In this document: piece by piece, positions 26,635-36,022 of the stretch
Layout: each line of letters begins with the position of its first letter
Numbering within the stretch: position 1 is the first letter of the stretch
Assembly: GCA_963676565.1 (NCBI GenBank)
Contig: OY781089.1
Location: 256,001 to 320,000, forward strand
Direction: 5' to 3'
From: Halarcobacter sp.
Lineage (GTDB): Bacteria > Campylobacterota > Campylobacteria > Campylobacterales > Arcobacteraceae
DNA: 64,000 nt
The notes under the pieces: model-generated
The model's input: only the letters and a program-made list of their open reading frames with translations
Databases searched by the model: none
What the model was told of the DNA's origin: nothing
Program-made: the position numbers and the translations under genes

Positions 26635-27054
26635 ATGACAATAATTGTAGGTTTTGGAAATGATTTAAGAGGTGAAGATGGTTTTGGAATTGATGTAATA
26701 AAAAGATTGCAAAGCTATGATTTACCTAATACCAAATTGATTTCAACCTTTCAATTAACACCAGAATTAAGCCTTGAGTTAAAAGAAGCTACAAAATTGA
26801 TTTTTATTGATGCTACTTTTAACCATAAAGACAATTATTCTTTAGCTTGTAATCTTGAAGAATATAAGTACGACAATTTAAGTCATCATATTAGTATTAG
26901 AACAATTTTAATGATTTTAGAAAGGCTATATGATACTAAACCAGAATATGAACTTTATTCAATGTTTACAAATAATTTAGATGAAATAATTGATGAGAAA
27001 AATTATGAAAAATCTATAAAGGAAGTTGTGCAGTTTTTAAAAACAGTTAACTAA
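26635..27054 (+). CDS. hoxW: Hydrogenase maturation protease
   Basis: GFGNDLRGEDGFG, QLTPEL, FIDA, SHH; follows hoxH. Confidence 0.88.
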   Translation: MTIIVGFGNDLRGEDGFGIDVIKRLQSYDLPNTKLISTFQLTPELSLELKEATKLIFIDATFNHKDNYSLACNLEEYKYDNLSHHISIRTILMILERLYDTKPEYELYSMFTNNLDEIIDEKNYEKSIKEVVQFLKTVN

Positions 27055-27059
27055 AAAAG

Positions 27060-27905
27060 TTAACTGTTTAGAAATGAATCTTCAACGATTTGAATCTCTT
27101 CTCTTGAGCCAAAATATATTGGTGTAGTTGCATTTATATCTGTAGTTGTCATATCTAAAATACGACCTTTTTTATTAATTGCTCTACCACCTGCTTGCTC
27201 AATTATATAAGCAATAGGGAAGGCTTCAAAGACAGTAAATAGTTTTCCTTCTGGAAAAGATTTAGTTGCAGGAGAAGAGTATAATCCACCTTTTTTAAAT
27301 AAAATTTGGTGAGTATCTAAACATAATGAATCTGAAAATCTTAATCTATAACCTTTGTTAAAAAAACTATCTACTAAAGCTTTGTGTTCAGGTGTCCACT
27401 CAGGAACTAAACCAGCAGTCGAGTTTATTTTCCCAACTTTTTCTAATGTTAAATTATCTTGTTCAATAAACTCCCCATCTTCAAATGAAAAATATTGAAC
27501 TCCATCCATTTTTGAAGCAAATACTAATTGAAAAGTTGGTCCATATGTTACGTAAATTGCTGCTTTTAAATGAAAAGCATCCATTTGTTTTTCATAAATA
27601 CCAAAAATTGAACCCAAAGAAAAGTTTACATCGAGTAAATCAATATTGTCAATTGATACATAACTTACTTTGTATTTTCCTTTTTCATTATTTACTTTTA
27701 AATTTTTGTGTTGTCTTCCAATAAAAGAGTGGATAGATTTTGTTCTTCTAAACTCTCTTTCTATAACGTCTGCACAATAAGATCGAACTTGTTCATTCAT
27801 CTCTTTGTCAGTTAATCCACTTGAAATAAATCTATCACAATCAACAAATACATTTTTTTCTATATCTTCAGCAATATTTGTTATGGCGTTAAAAATAGCT
27901 ATCAT
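27060..27905 (-). CDS. Class I fructose-1,6-bisphosphatase-like protein with a degenerate active site
   Basis: DVNFSLGSIFGIY, YGP, GYRLR and EAFPIAYIIEQAGG fit the FBPase I fold, but DPLDGS reads VSIDNI. Confidence 0.85.
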   Translation of the reverse strand: MIAIFNAITNIAEDIEKNVFVDCDRFISSGLTDKEMNEQVRSYCADVIEREFRRTKSIHSFIGRQHKNLKVNNEKGKYKVSYVSIDNIDLLDVNFSLGSIFGIYEKQMDAFHLKAAIYVTYGPTFQLVFASKMDGVQYFSFEDGEFIEQDNLTLEKVGKINSTAGLVPEWTPEHKALVDSFFNKGYRLRFSDSLCLDTHQILFKKGGLYSSPATKSFPEGKLFTVFEAFPIAYIIEQAGGRAINKKGRILDMTTTDINATTPIYFGSREEIQIVEDSFLNS

Positions 27906-27955
27906 TTATTATCCTAAAAACAGTCCCAATTTTGTGGGGACCTTTTATCTTTTTA

Positions 27956-29542
27956 TTAACTTGTTATAAAAGTTCTGAAATTAATAAAATCAAAAATTGA
28001 GTTCTTATACTCTAATTTATCTAATAATTCAAAATCAATATTGTTATTATTTATCATACCAAGTAATTCATTAAAGTTGGATATATGCTCTTTAGTTCTA
28101 TTTTCACTGTACTCAGTAGCTGTAGCAGTTGTCATTAAAAACGCCCAGTCACTACTTTGAGCCAATAATAACTCCCTTAACATTTGAGTTAAAACCCTTG
28201 ATATATTATCATCATCTGTATGGAAATATTCCCGTGCTTTTTCTTCTAAAACATCAGCCATCTCATGAAGATGTCTATATATCCAATCATTTCCTTCATT
28301 AAGCCAAACATCATAATATCCTTTATCTCCCCAAGAGGAAGGATTAGGATTTACAACCTGATTTTTTGGGTACATGTTTAGATATTCTATTGGAGTTACA
28401 GCTTTCATAACTTTGTGTTTATCAATTTCTCTAAACATATTTGCTAAAAACTCTGGACCTTCAAACCACCAATGACCAAAAAGCTCTGCATCATAAGGTG
28501 AAACAACCATTGGCGTTCTATCCATAAGTGACCCTAAATGGTCAAACTGTTTTTCCCTATGCCAGTGAAAATTCTCAGCATGTTGCTTTGTTCTATCTTG
28601 AGCAACCCATGGATTATATGCTTCTTTATAGTCTGTAGTTCCTGTAATCTTATGATATTTAAAACCTGTAAATACTCTAATACCATCTGGATTGATATAA
28701 GGTTTAATATAATCAAAATCAAGGTCATAACCTATATCTCTATAAAAGTCTCTATAATTGAAATCCCCAGGGTATCCCTCTTTTGAACTCCAAACTTGTT
28801 TTGATGATTGTGCATCTCTACCAAATGCTGCACAAGAACTTGGGGTATAAGTTGGAGTATAAACTCCATTTACAGAAGTTGGTCTTCCATATGTTAAGGC
28901 ATGGGAATCAACGATAAAAAACCTTATCCCTTTTTCATTTAGTATTTCATCTAAACCATCATAATAGGCACACTCAGGTAACCAAATACCTTTAGGTTTT
29001 CGTCCAAAATGTTTCTCATGGGATTGAACTGCAATTTCTATTTGTGTTCTAACTGCATGTACATTTACACTTAAAATTGGTAAATATCCATGGGTTGCTC
29101 CACAAGTTATAACTTCTAATGAACCTTTATTATAAAAATATTTATATCCATTTAAAACATTTCCTTCTAAGAAACCTTCAAAAAATTCTTTAGTTTCAAT
29201 AAATAAATCTCTATAAAAATTGGCCAATGGTCCAAAATGACCATCACCCTTTGTTCTTTCAACCTCTTTGTCTCCAAGTTCTATATGTTTATCTAAAAAA
29301 GCTTTATATTTACCCATAAGATGTGAATCCGCTAACATCTCAGCAAGAGGTGGAGTAACAGAAGTAGTAAGTTTAAAATTTACACCATCATCATCTAATT
29401 TTTTTAATCTTTTCAATAAAGGAATATAACACTCGGTGATAGCCTCAAAAAGCCAATGTTCCTCTAAAAAATTCTCATACTGTGGATGCTTTACAAACGG
29501 TAAATGTGAATGTAATACAGGTACCCAATATCCTTTAACCAT
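27956..29542 (-). CDS. GH57 1,4-alpha-glucan branching enzyme (DUF1957 type)
   Basis: HSHLP, THGYLP, WLPECAY, PYDAELFGHWWFEG, LAQSSDW. Confidence 0.93.
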   Translation of the reverse strand: MVKGYWVPVLHSHLPFVKHPQYENFLEEHWLFEAITECYIPLLKRLKKLDDDGVNFKLTTSVTPPLAEMLADSHLMGKYKAFLDKHIELGDKEVERTKGDGHFGPLANFYRDLFIETKEFFEGFLEGNVLNGYKYFYNKGSLEVITCGATHGYLPILSVNVHAVRTQIEIAVQSHEKHFGRKPKGIWLPECAYYDGLDEILNEKGIRFFIVDSHALTYGRPTSVNGVYTPTYTPSSCAAFGRDAQSSKQVWSSKEGYPGDFNYRDFYRDIGYDLDFDYIKPYINPDGIRVFTGFKYHKITGTTDYKEAYNPWVAQDRTKQHAENFHWHREKQFDHLGSLMDRTPMVVSPYDAELFGHWWFEGPEFLANMFREIDKHKVMKAVTPIEYLNMYPKNQVVNPNPSSWGDKGYYDVWLNEGNDWIYRHLHEMADVLEEKAREYFHTDDDNISRVLTQMLRELLLAQSSDWAFLMTTATATEYSENRTKEHISNFNELLGMINNNNIDFELLDKLEYKNSIFDFINFRTFITS

Positions 29543-29593
29543 GTCTTTCCCTTAAATTTTACCCCAATATCTTAGGGCTTAGTTACAAATCTT

Positions 29594-30241
29594 TTATTTT
29601 ACAATTGATGAAGAGCTGAAATTTTGTTTTTCTTCAATCTCATCTATAAAATGTCTAACTTTTTCCATCTCTTCAACATATTTTGCAGAAGACACTCCCT
29701 CATGTGAATGTTCAATTGTACTTCTAATAACTTCTGTCCATCCCATTTTTTTTCTAATCCAAACCTCATCTTCACTACTTGGCAAATTTATCTGTGAAGA
29801 AAAAGTGTGAATTGTATTTGAAGTAATTAATTCAACAAAATCATCCTCTTTTGTTAAACCAACTTTTACATAAACATTCATATTTTCAAAAGGTCTTTTC
29901 ACATAATATTTACCTAAAGCAAATGAAGACTCAAAACTGTAAAGTTCTTGATTGTTTGAATCATAAACTTTAAAATAAAGTTTATCTTTGCCTAAATCAA
30001 TGTTGTTTTTTGATAATGTCTCATCATTAACTTCCCAATACACAAAATACTTTTGAGTATTTACCATCAAGATTCTTAGGGTATCTTTATTGTATCTATC
30101 TGGGATTTCATACTCTTGAACAACTGGTTCTCCCTCTTCTACAAGAGTATCTATAACATGTGATGAACTAGAAAAATCATCTTCTAGTTTCATACTTTCC
30201 TTTACTAAATCATCTGCTTTTGGATTCATCTCTTTCCCCAT
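29594..30241 (-). CDS. DUF4912-domain protein (usual neighbour of GH57 branching enzymes)
   Basis: EIPDRYNKDTLRILMVN...FVYWEV...SN.IHT; acidic tail ending SSS. Confidence 0.75.
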   Translation of the reverse strand: MGKEMNPKADDLVKESMKLEDDFSSSSHVIDTLVEEGEPVVQEYEIPDRYNKDTLRILMVNTQKYFVYWEVNDETLSKNNIDLGKDKLYFKVYDSNNQELYSFESSFALGKYYVKRPFENMNVYVKVGLTKEDDFVELITSNTIHTFSSQINLPSSEDEVWIRKKMGWTEVIRSTIEHSHEGVSSAKYVEEMEKVRHFIDEIEEKQNFSSSSIVK

Positions 30242-30295
30242 TGATTTTTGCTAATATTATATTATAAAAATGTTACAAATTTGTAATAACACTGT

Positions 30296-31912
30296 TTAAA
30301 TATTATCAAATATATTATTTACTATCTCTTGTGCTTCAACTTGTATTTGTTTTAAGTGTTCATTTCCTTTAAAACTTTCCCCATAAATTTTATAAATATC
30401 CTCAGTACCACTTGGTCTAATTGCGAACCAACCATTTTGTGTACTTACTTTTAATCCACCAATTGCAGCGCCATTATCTGCCTTTGTTAAAATCGATTCA
30501 ATTTTTTCACCAGCTAAGGTATCAGCTTTTATATCTTCAGGTTTTAAATTTTTAAGTGCCTTTTTTTGATCGCTATTTGCAACGGCATCTAATCTTCCAT
30601 ATACTGGTTCTCCAAACTTTTCAATTAAATCATCATAATAAAGTCCAGGGTCTTTTTTTGTTTTTGCTAAAATCTCTACGGCTAGAAGATTTAAAATAAT
30701 ACCATCTTTATCTGTACTCCAAGGTTGTCCATTTTTTCTTAAAAATGATGCACCTGCACTCTCTTCTCCACCAAAGAATACCTCTTTTGTACTTAATGGT
30801 TTAACAAACCATTTAAATCCAACTGGTGTTTCAAATACTTTTTTACCATTATCTTTTACAACTCTATCAATCATTGATGAACTAACTAGTGTTTTTCCTA
30901 CACCTAAACCGTCAAATTCTCTATTTTTTGATAAATAATCAATTGCAACAGATAGATAATGATTTGGGTTTAAAAGCCCTTTACTTTTTGTAACAATACC
31001 ATGTCTATCAAAATCTGTATCATTTCCAAAGGCAATATCAAAATCCTCTTTTAAATCAATTAATCCTGCCATTGCATATGGTGAAGAGCAGTCCATTCTA
31101 ATCTTTCCATCTTTGTCACAACACATAAATGAAAATGTAAAATCAGGTGTATCATTAAACACTTCAATATTTAAATCATATTTTTCTTTTATTGCAGTGT
31201 AATAAGCCATTCCTGAACCACCCATAGCATCTGCACCAATTTTTAAATTAGCATCTTTAATAATATCCATATCAATAACATTTACTAAATCATCTACATA
31301 TGGCGTTACAAAATCATATTCAAATAAAAATCCTGATTCTAAGGCACTATCTAAATCCATTAGTTTTACATCTTGTAAATCATTTTTTAAAATCTCATTT
31401 GCCCTTGCTTCAATAACTTTTGTAATAGACTCATCAGCAGGTCCTCCATCACTAAAGTTATATTTAAACCCTCCATCACTTGGAGGATTATGTGATGGAG
31501 TTATTACAATTCCATCAGAGTTTTCATGGCTTAAAATTGCATGGGATATTACAGGAGTTGGTGTATATCCAAAATCTTTAGCATAATAAGTTTTAACACC
31601 ATTTGCAGCTAAAACCTCAAGTGTTGTTCTATGTGCTGGTGTCGATAAAGCATGGGTATCCATCCCCACAAAAAGTTGTGAATGACCTTTTTGCTTATGA
31701 AACTCAGCAACAGCTTGTGCCATTGCCATAATATGCTCTTCATTAAAACTATTTTTAGAAGCACAACCTCTGTGACCTGAAGTTCCAAAACTCACCATAT
31801 GAGCTTCATTCTGTACATCTGGAACTTTCGTATAATAATCACTTATTAGTTGTGGTATGTTTTCTAAAATTGATTTTGGCGCCTTTTTCCCTGCAAATTC
31901 ATGTAATCCCAT
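30296..31912 (-). CDS. pgm: Phosphoglucomutase, alpha-D-glucose-phosphate specific
   Basis: FGTSGHRG, ITPSHNPP, DTDFDR, GEESAG, RPSGTE. Confidence 0.96.
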   Translation of the reverse strand: MGLHEFAGKKAPKSILENIPQLISDYYTKVPDVQNEAHMVSFGTSGHRGCASKNSFNEEHIMAMAQAVAEFHKQKGHSQLFVGMDTHALSTPAHRTTLEVLAANGVKTYYAKDFGYTPTPVISHAILSHENSDGIVITPSHNPPSDGGFKYNFSDGGPADESITKVIEARANEILKNDLQDVKLMDLDSALESGFLFEYDFVTPYVDDLVNVIDMDIIKDANLKIGADAMGGSGMAYYTAIKEKYDLNIEVFNDTPDFTFSFMCCDKDGKIRMDCSSPYAMAGLIDLKEDFDIAFGNDTDFDRHGIVTKSKGLLNPNHYLSVAIDYLSKNREFDGLGVGKTLVSSSMIDRVVKDNGKKVFETPVGFKWFVKPLSTKEVFFGGEESAGASFLRKNGQPWSTDKDGIILNLLAVEILAKTKKDPGLYYDDLIEKFGEPVYGRLDAVANSDQKKALKNLKPEDIKADTLAGEKIESILTKADNGAAIGGLKVSTQNGWFAIRPSGTEDIYKIYGESFKGNEHLKQIQVEAQEIVNNIFDNI

Positions 31913-31934
31913 TTGTTCTCCCTATAATTGATTT

Positions 31935-33575
31935 TTATCTATACATTTTTTCGTAATATTCATTTGCCATTCGTCCAGATTCAAATGCTGGTATAACGTC
32001 GTTCATTGAATTTTTCATTATTTCTATCCATTGTTTTTTATCTTCGTAATACATTGGTAAGATTTTCTCTTCTAATATATCCATTAAATTTTTATTATCA
32101 AGTCTATCTTGCTCTTCAATTGAAAGGTCTCTACCTTCCGTTTTAATTGTAAAGGAATTAACTCCTTCTTTACAAAACTCTGGGTGCCAACCATCAGCAA
32201 TAGATAAATTAACTGTACCATTCATAGCTGCACTCATTCCACTTGTACCACTTGCTTCTCTAGTAACTCTTGGATTATTTAACCAAACATCACAACCTTT
32301 TTTTAACTTCATTGAAAGGTCTAATTCATAGCCAACTAAAATAGCAACATTTTTATAAGCTCTTGCCATATAGTTTAAATCATTAAAAATATTAATTGCT
32401 AAGTTATCAAATGGATAAGGTTTTCCTGCCCAAATAATTTGAACTGGATGTTTTTGGTTTTTAATTAGATTTTCAAACCTTTGTAAATCATACTTTAAAA
32501 GACCTGGTCTCTTGTATTCTGCAAATCTTCTTGCCCAAACAATAGTTAAAACATCAGGGTCAAACATTTTTCCTGTTTGGTTAGCAACTTCCACAAAAAG
32601 CATTTTCTTTAAATGTTTTTTTCTTGCATCAAGTTCAAAATCTTCATGTTCATCTAAAGCTTTCATTAGAGTCTTATCACTCCAATATCTTCTATTTTGG
32701 GCATTTGTGATTGCAGTAATTTCACATCTTCCCTCAACATCTTTCCACATCTCATTTGCAACTTCTCCATGGATTTTTGAAACTCCATTAGCAATTTTTG
32801 CCATTTTTAAAGCTCCAACAGTTAAAGAGAATCTATCCCCTTCTATCCCAGTTACACCTCTAACTTCATGTAATTGTGAACCTGCAAAAAATCCCATTCT
32901 ATCAAGCATATGAATATCATGTTCTTCATTTCCTGCTGTTTCAGGAGTATGTGTTGTAAAAACAAGTCTTTTTTTAACTTCCCTTGCATCTTTAAATCTA
33001 TTTAATAGTTCAAAAGCCATTGGTAAAGAATGTCCCTCATTCATATGATAAATCTCTGGGTCATATTTTAAAGCTTCTAAGATTTTTGCTCCACCAATAC
33101 CTAAAACTATCTCTTGAGCAACTCTAGTTTCATTGTTTTGGTCATAAAGTTTATGGGTAATAGTTCTTGATAAATAATCATTTCCTTCTACATCAGTTGA
33201 AAGTAAAATAAGTGGTGCAGAATTAAAAAGTTCACTTGGTACTAAATAAGCTTTTACAATAACAGGTTTACCATTTATATCAACAGTTACTGATACATTT
33301 AAATCTTCTAAAAAATAATATCTTTTTCTTCTAAATTCAACTTTTAAATATCTATCTTCATCTCTACCTTGGTCATAATAACCATAACTCCAAAGCATCC
33401 CTATTCCAACAACATTTTGTTTTAAATCATAGGCACTTCTCATATGTGAACCAGCTAAAAAACCAAGTCCCCCTGAGTAGATTTTTAAAGCTTGATGAAT
33501 TGCAAACTCCATTGAGAAATAAGCAACCGATTTTGAATATTTTTTATCAATTTCATAACTATGTAAATAACTCAT
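31935..33575 (-). CDS. glgP: Short alpha-glucan phosphorylase (GT35)
   Basis: YFSMEF, YSGGLGFLAG, HMNEGH, FTTHTP, ARRFAEYKR, EASGTSGM. Confidence 0.92.
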   Translation of the reverse strand: MSYLHSYEIDKKYSKSVAYFSMEFAIHQALKIYSGGLGFLAGSHMRSAYDLKQNVVGIGMLWSYGYYDQGRDEDRYLKVEFRRKRYYFLEDLNVSVTVDINGKPVIVKAYLVPSELFNSAPLILLSTDVEGNDYLSRTITHKLYDQNNETRVAQEIVLGIGGAKILEALKYDPEIYHMNEGHSLPMAFELLNRFKDAREVKKRLVFTTHTPETAGNEEHDIHMLDRMGFFAGSQLHEVRGVTGIEGDRFSLTVGALKMAKIANGVSKIHGEVANEMWKDVEGRCEITAITNAQNRRYWSDKTLMKALDEHEDFELDARKKHLKKMLFVEVANQTGKMFDPDVLTIVWARRFAEYKRPGLLKYDLQRFENLIKNQKHPVQIIWAGKPYPFDNLAINIFNDLNYMARAYKNVAILVGYELDLSMKLKKGCDVWLNNPRVTREASGTSGMSAAMNGTVNLSIADGWHPEFCKEGVNSFTIKTEGRDLSIEEQDRLDNKNLMDILEEKILPMYYEDKKQWIEIMKNSMNDVIPAFESGRMANEYYEKMYR

Positions 33576-33591
33576 ATTAAATTTTTCCTTT

Positions 33592-35019
33592 TTATTTTTT
33601 ATATAGATTTATATATTCATGTGCAGAGTTTTTCCATGAATTATCAACTTGCATATTATGTTTAGATATATTTTCAAATTTATCTTTATTTGAATATAAA
33701 GATAAAGCCTTTGCAATTGCATGATTAAACCAAAATAGATTGTGTTCATCAAATGTTATTCCAACACCTAAACTCAACTTTTCTAAATCGTTTACATCAG
33801 TAAAATCTATAACTGTATCTTTTAAACCACCTGTTTTAGCTACAATTGGTAAAACACCATATTGCATACAAATCATTTGATTAAGTCCACATGGCTCAAA
33901 AATAGAAGGCATTAATAAATAGTCTGCACTTGCATATAATTTTCTTCCAAAACCTTCATCATAACCAATTTTAATTTTTATATTTTTATATCTGTCAATT
34001 AAACTTCCAAAGGCTTGATTATAAGACTCTTCACCACTTCCTAAAATTACAAAATTTGCTTCATAACTTGCAAAGAGTTCTATTGCATCTAAAATTAAAT
34101 CAACACCTTTTTGAGAAGTAAATCTTCCAATAAAAATAAATAAAGGTTTATTATCTTCGGCTAAATCTAACTCTTTGCAAAGGGCTTCTTTATTTTTTTT
34201 CTTTCCTTTATAGCTTTTAAAGGAGAAGTTTTTTTCTATATACTCATCTTTTTTTGGATTAAACACTTCTGTACTAATTCCATTTACAATCCCTTTTAGT
34301 TTGTAGGCATTGATTCTTAAAGTTTCATCTAAACCATTTCCAAAACTTGCAGTTTGAATCTCTTGGGCATAGGTACTACTAACTGTTGTAACCTTATCAC
34401 TAAAATAGATACCAGCTTTTAAAAAGTTAACTGCATCATAATATTCTAAACCATCAAATTTAAAACAAGTATTCCAATCAAATTCAAGTTGATCCATAAC
34501 ATCTTTTCCAAAAACACCTTGATATGCTAAGTTATGAATTGTTAAAACTGTTTTAATATCTAAGTTATATCTGGTTTTTACAAGCATTGGAACAAGTGCA
34601 GTTTGCCAATCATTTACATGAATAGCATGAATATCTAATTTCATTCTAATCATAACTTCTAGAATTGAATAAGAAAAAAGACCAAACCTTAAAGCATTGT
34701 CTCCAAAATCTCCAAAATCATCATAATATAAACCTAATCTATCACATAAAATTGGATTATAAATGAACAACTCATCTTTTGAGTCTTTTTTTTGAAAAAC
34801 ATCAAATTGATGTCTAACTCCAGCTAACCAATAATCAAATGTCAATCCACTAAAAACTATATTAAATTTATCTCTGTCTATTTGATTATACAAAGGCATA
34901 ATAGAGTAAACTCTTTCCCCTTCATTTCTTAAAGCTTCTGGTAAAGCATGACCTACATCAGCTAAACCTCCAGTTTTTGCATAGGGAAATATTTCACTTG
35001 CTGCAAAAAGAATACTCAT
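33592..35019 (-). CDS. glgA: Glycogen synthase (GT5)
   Basis: KTGGLADV, NDWQT, TIHNLAYQG, QKG, EPCGLNQ, TGGL. Confidence 0.96.
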   Translation of the reverse strand: MSILFAASEIFPYAKTGGLADVGHALPEALRNEGERVYSIMPLYNQIDRDKFNIVFSGLTFDYWLAGVRHQFDVFQKKDSKDELFIYNPILCDRLGLYYDDFGDFGDNALRFGLFSYSILEVMIRMKLDIHAIHVNDWQTALVPMLVKTRYNLDIKTVLTIHNLAYQGVFGKDVMDQLEFDWNTCFKFDGLEYYDAVNFLKAGIYFSDKVTTVSSTYAQEIQTASFGNGLDETLRINAYKLKGIVNGISTEVFNPKKDEYIEKNFSFKSYKGKKKNKEALCKELDLAEDNKPLFIFIGRFTSQKGVDLILDAIELFASYEANFVILGSGEESYNQAFGSLIDRYKNIKIKIGYDEGFGRKLYASADYLLMPSIFEPCGLNQMICMQYGVLPIVAKTGGLKDTVIDFTDVNDLEKLSLGVGITFDEHNLFWFNHAIAKALSLYSNKDKFENISKHNMQVDNSWKNSAHEYINLYKK

Positions 35020-36017
35020 TTGCTCTCCTTATAAATTTTGGCAGCATCTTCTGGAAGCATGACATTTATATTCATTTCACTATCCAATTCAAATCCTGCT
35101 TGCTTGTAAATTCTAGGTTTTATATCTATGTAAAATCTAAAATACTCTTTTGTGTTCTCATCATACTCTTTATATGGAGCATTTTTAATAATCATATTAA
35201 AAGAAACTTCACCTAATGCTTTATGGAACTTTGAATAAAACTCTTTTGTAATGTCACATAAAGCACTTAAATCAGTTTTGCTAAATTCTGTAATAGAAGA
35301 GAGTTTTTTCTTAGAAACAATTTTTGCTTCAAAGGCAAACTTAGAAGCATAAGGACAAAATAATACAAATTCACTATTTTGAGCAATTATGTTTTTTTTG
35401 TAGTTTAACTCTTCATAAACAATATCATCCATTAAAGCTCTTTTATGTTCCTCATAATACTCTTTTTTATAACTTATCTCCTCTTTAATCTTTTTTGGAA
35501 GAAAAGGTAAAGCCATAATCTGAGAGTGGGAATGGGACATTGATGCCCCTGCATCTTTTCCATAGTTTTTAAATACTGAAAGATAAGCAAATCTATCATC
35601 TCTTTTAAGATTAGTTGCTCTTTCTTTTATAATTGTAAAGTAATTTAAAAAATCATTATAATCAAAATCCCAAATTTGTTTTTCATGGTTTGGAGTTTCA
35701 ATAATAACTTCATGGGCTCCAAAACCTGAATATGTTTCAAAAAAACTCTCTCTTGAAGATTTTGGTGCAACATCAATAGAAAGTGCATTATATAGATTTG
35801 GGACTACTCTACATTGCCATTTTCCATCTTGTGAGATTCTTGTAATCTCATTTGGAGTAAACTCCTCTTTTCCCATATCAAAGGGGCATCTTTCGTGAAT
35901 AATCTCACCAAGATACACATCTTTTTTATTATGTAAATCACTTGGTCTTTTTAATCTTTCAGGGGCAAAAAGTGTCCATTCTCTTGTTAATTTGCAATAT
36001 CTAAAATTTGACACCAT
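35016..36017 (-). CDS. GalT-like nucleotidyltransferase (HIT superfamily), possible ADP-glucose phosphorylase type
   Basis: R.KRP, CPF, VVPNLY, HEVIIETP, FKNYG..AGASMSHSHSQ; ATG 36017 with AGGAG. Confidence 0.88.
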   Translation of the reverse strand: MVSNFRYCKLTREWTLFAPERLKRPSDLHNKKDVYLGEIIHERCPFDMGKEEFTPNEITRISQDGKWQCRVVPNLYNALSIDVAPKSSRESFFETYSGFGAHEVIIETPNHEKQIWDFDYNDFLNYFTIIKERATNLKRDDRFAYLSVFKNYGKDAGASMSHSHSQIMALPFLPKKIKEEISYKKEYYEEHKRALMDDIVYEELNYKKNIIAQNSEFVLFCPYASKFAFEAKIVSKKKLSSITEFSKTDLSALCDITKEFYSKFHKALGEVSFNMIIKNAPYKEYDENTKEYFRFYIDIKPRIYKQAGFELDSEMNINVMLPEDAAKIYKESK

Positions 36018-36022
36018 TACTC

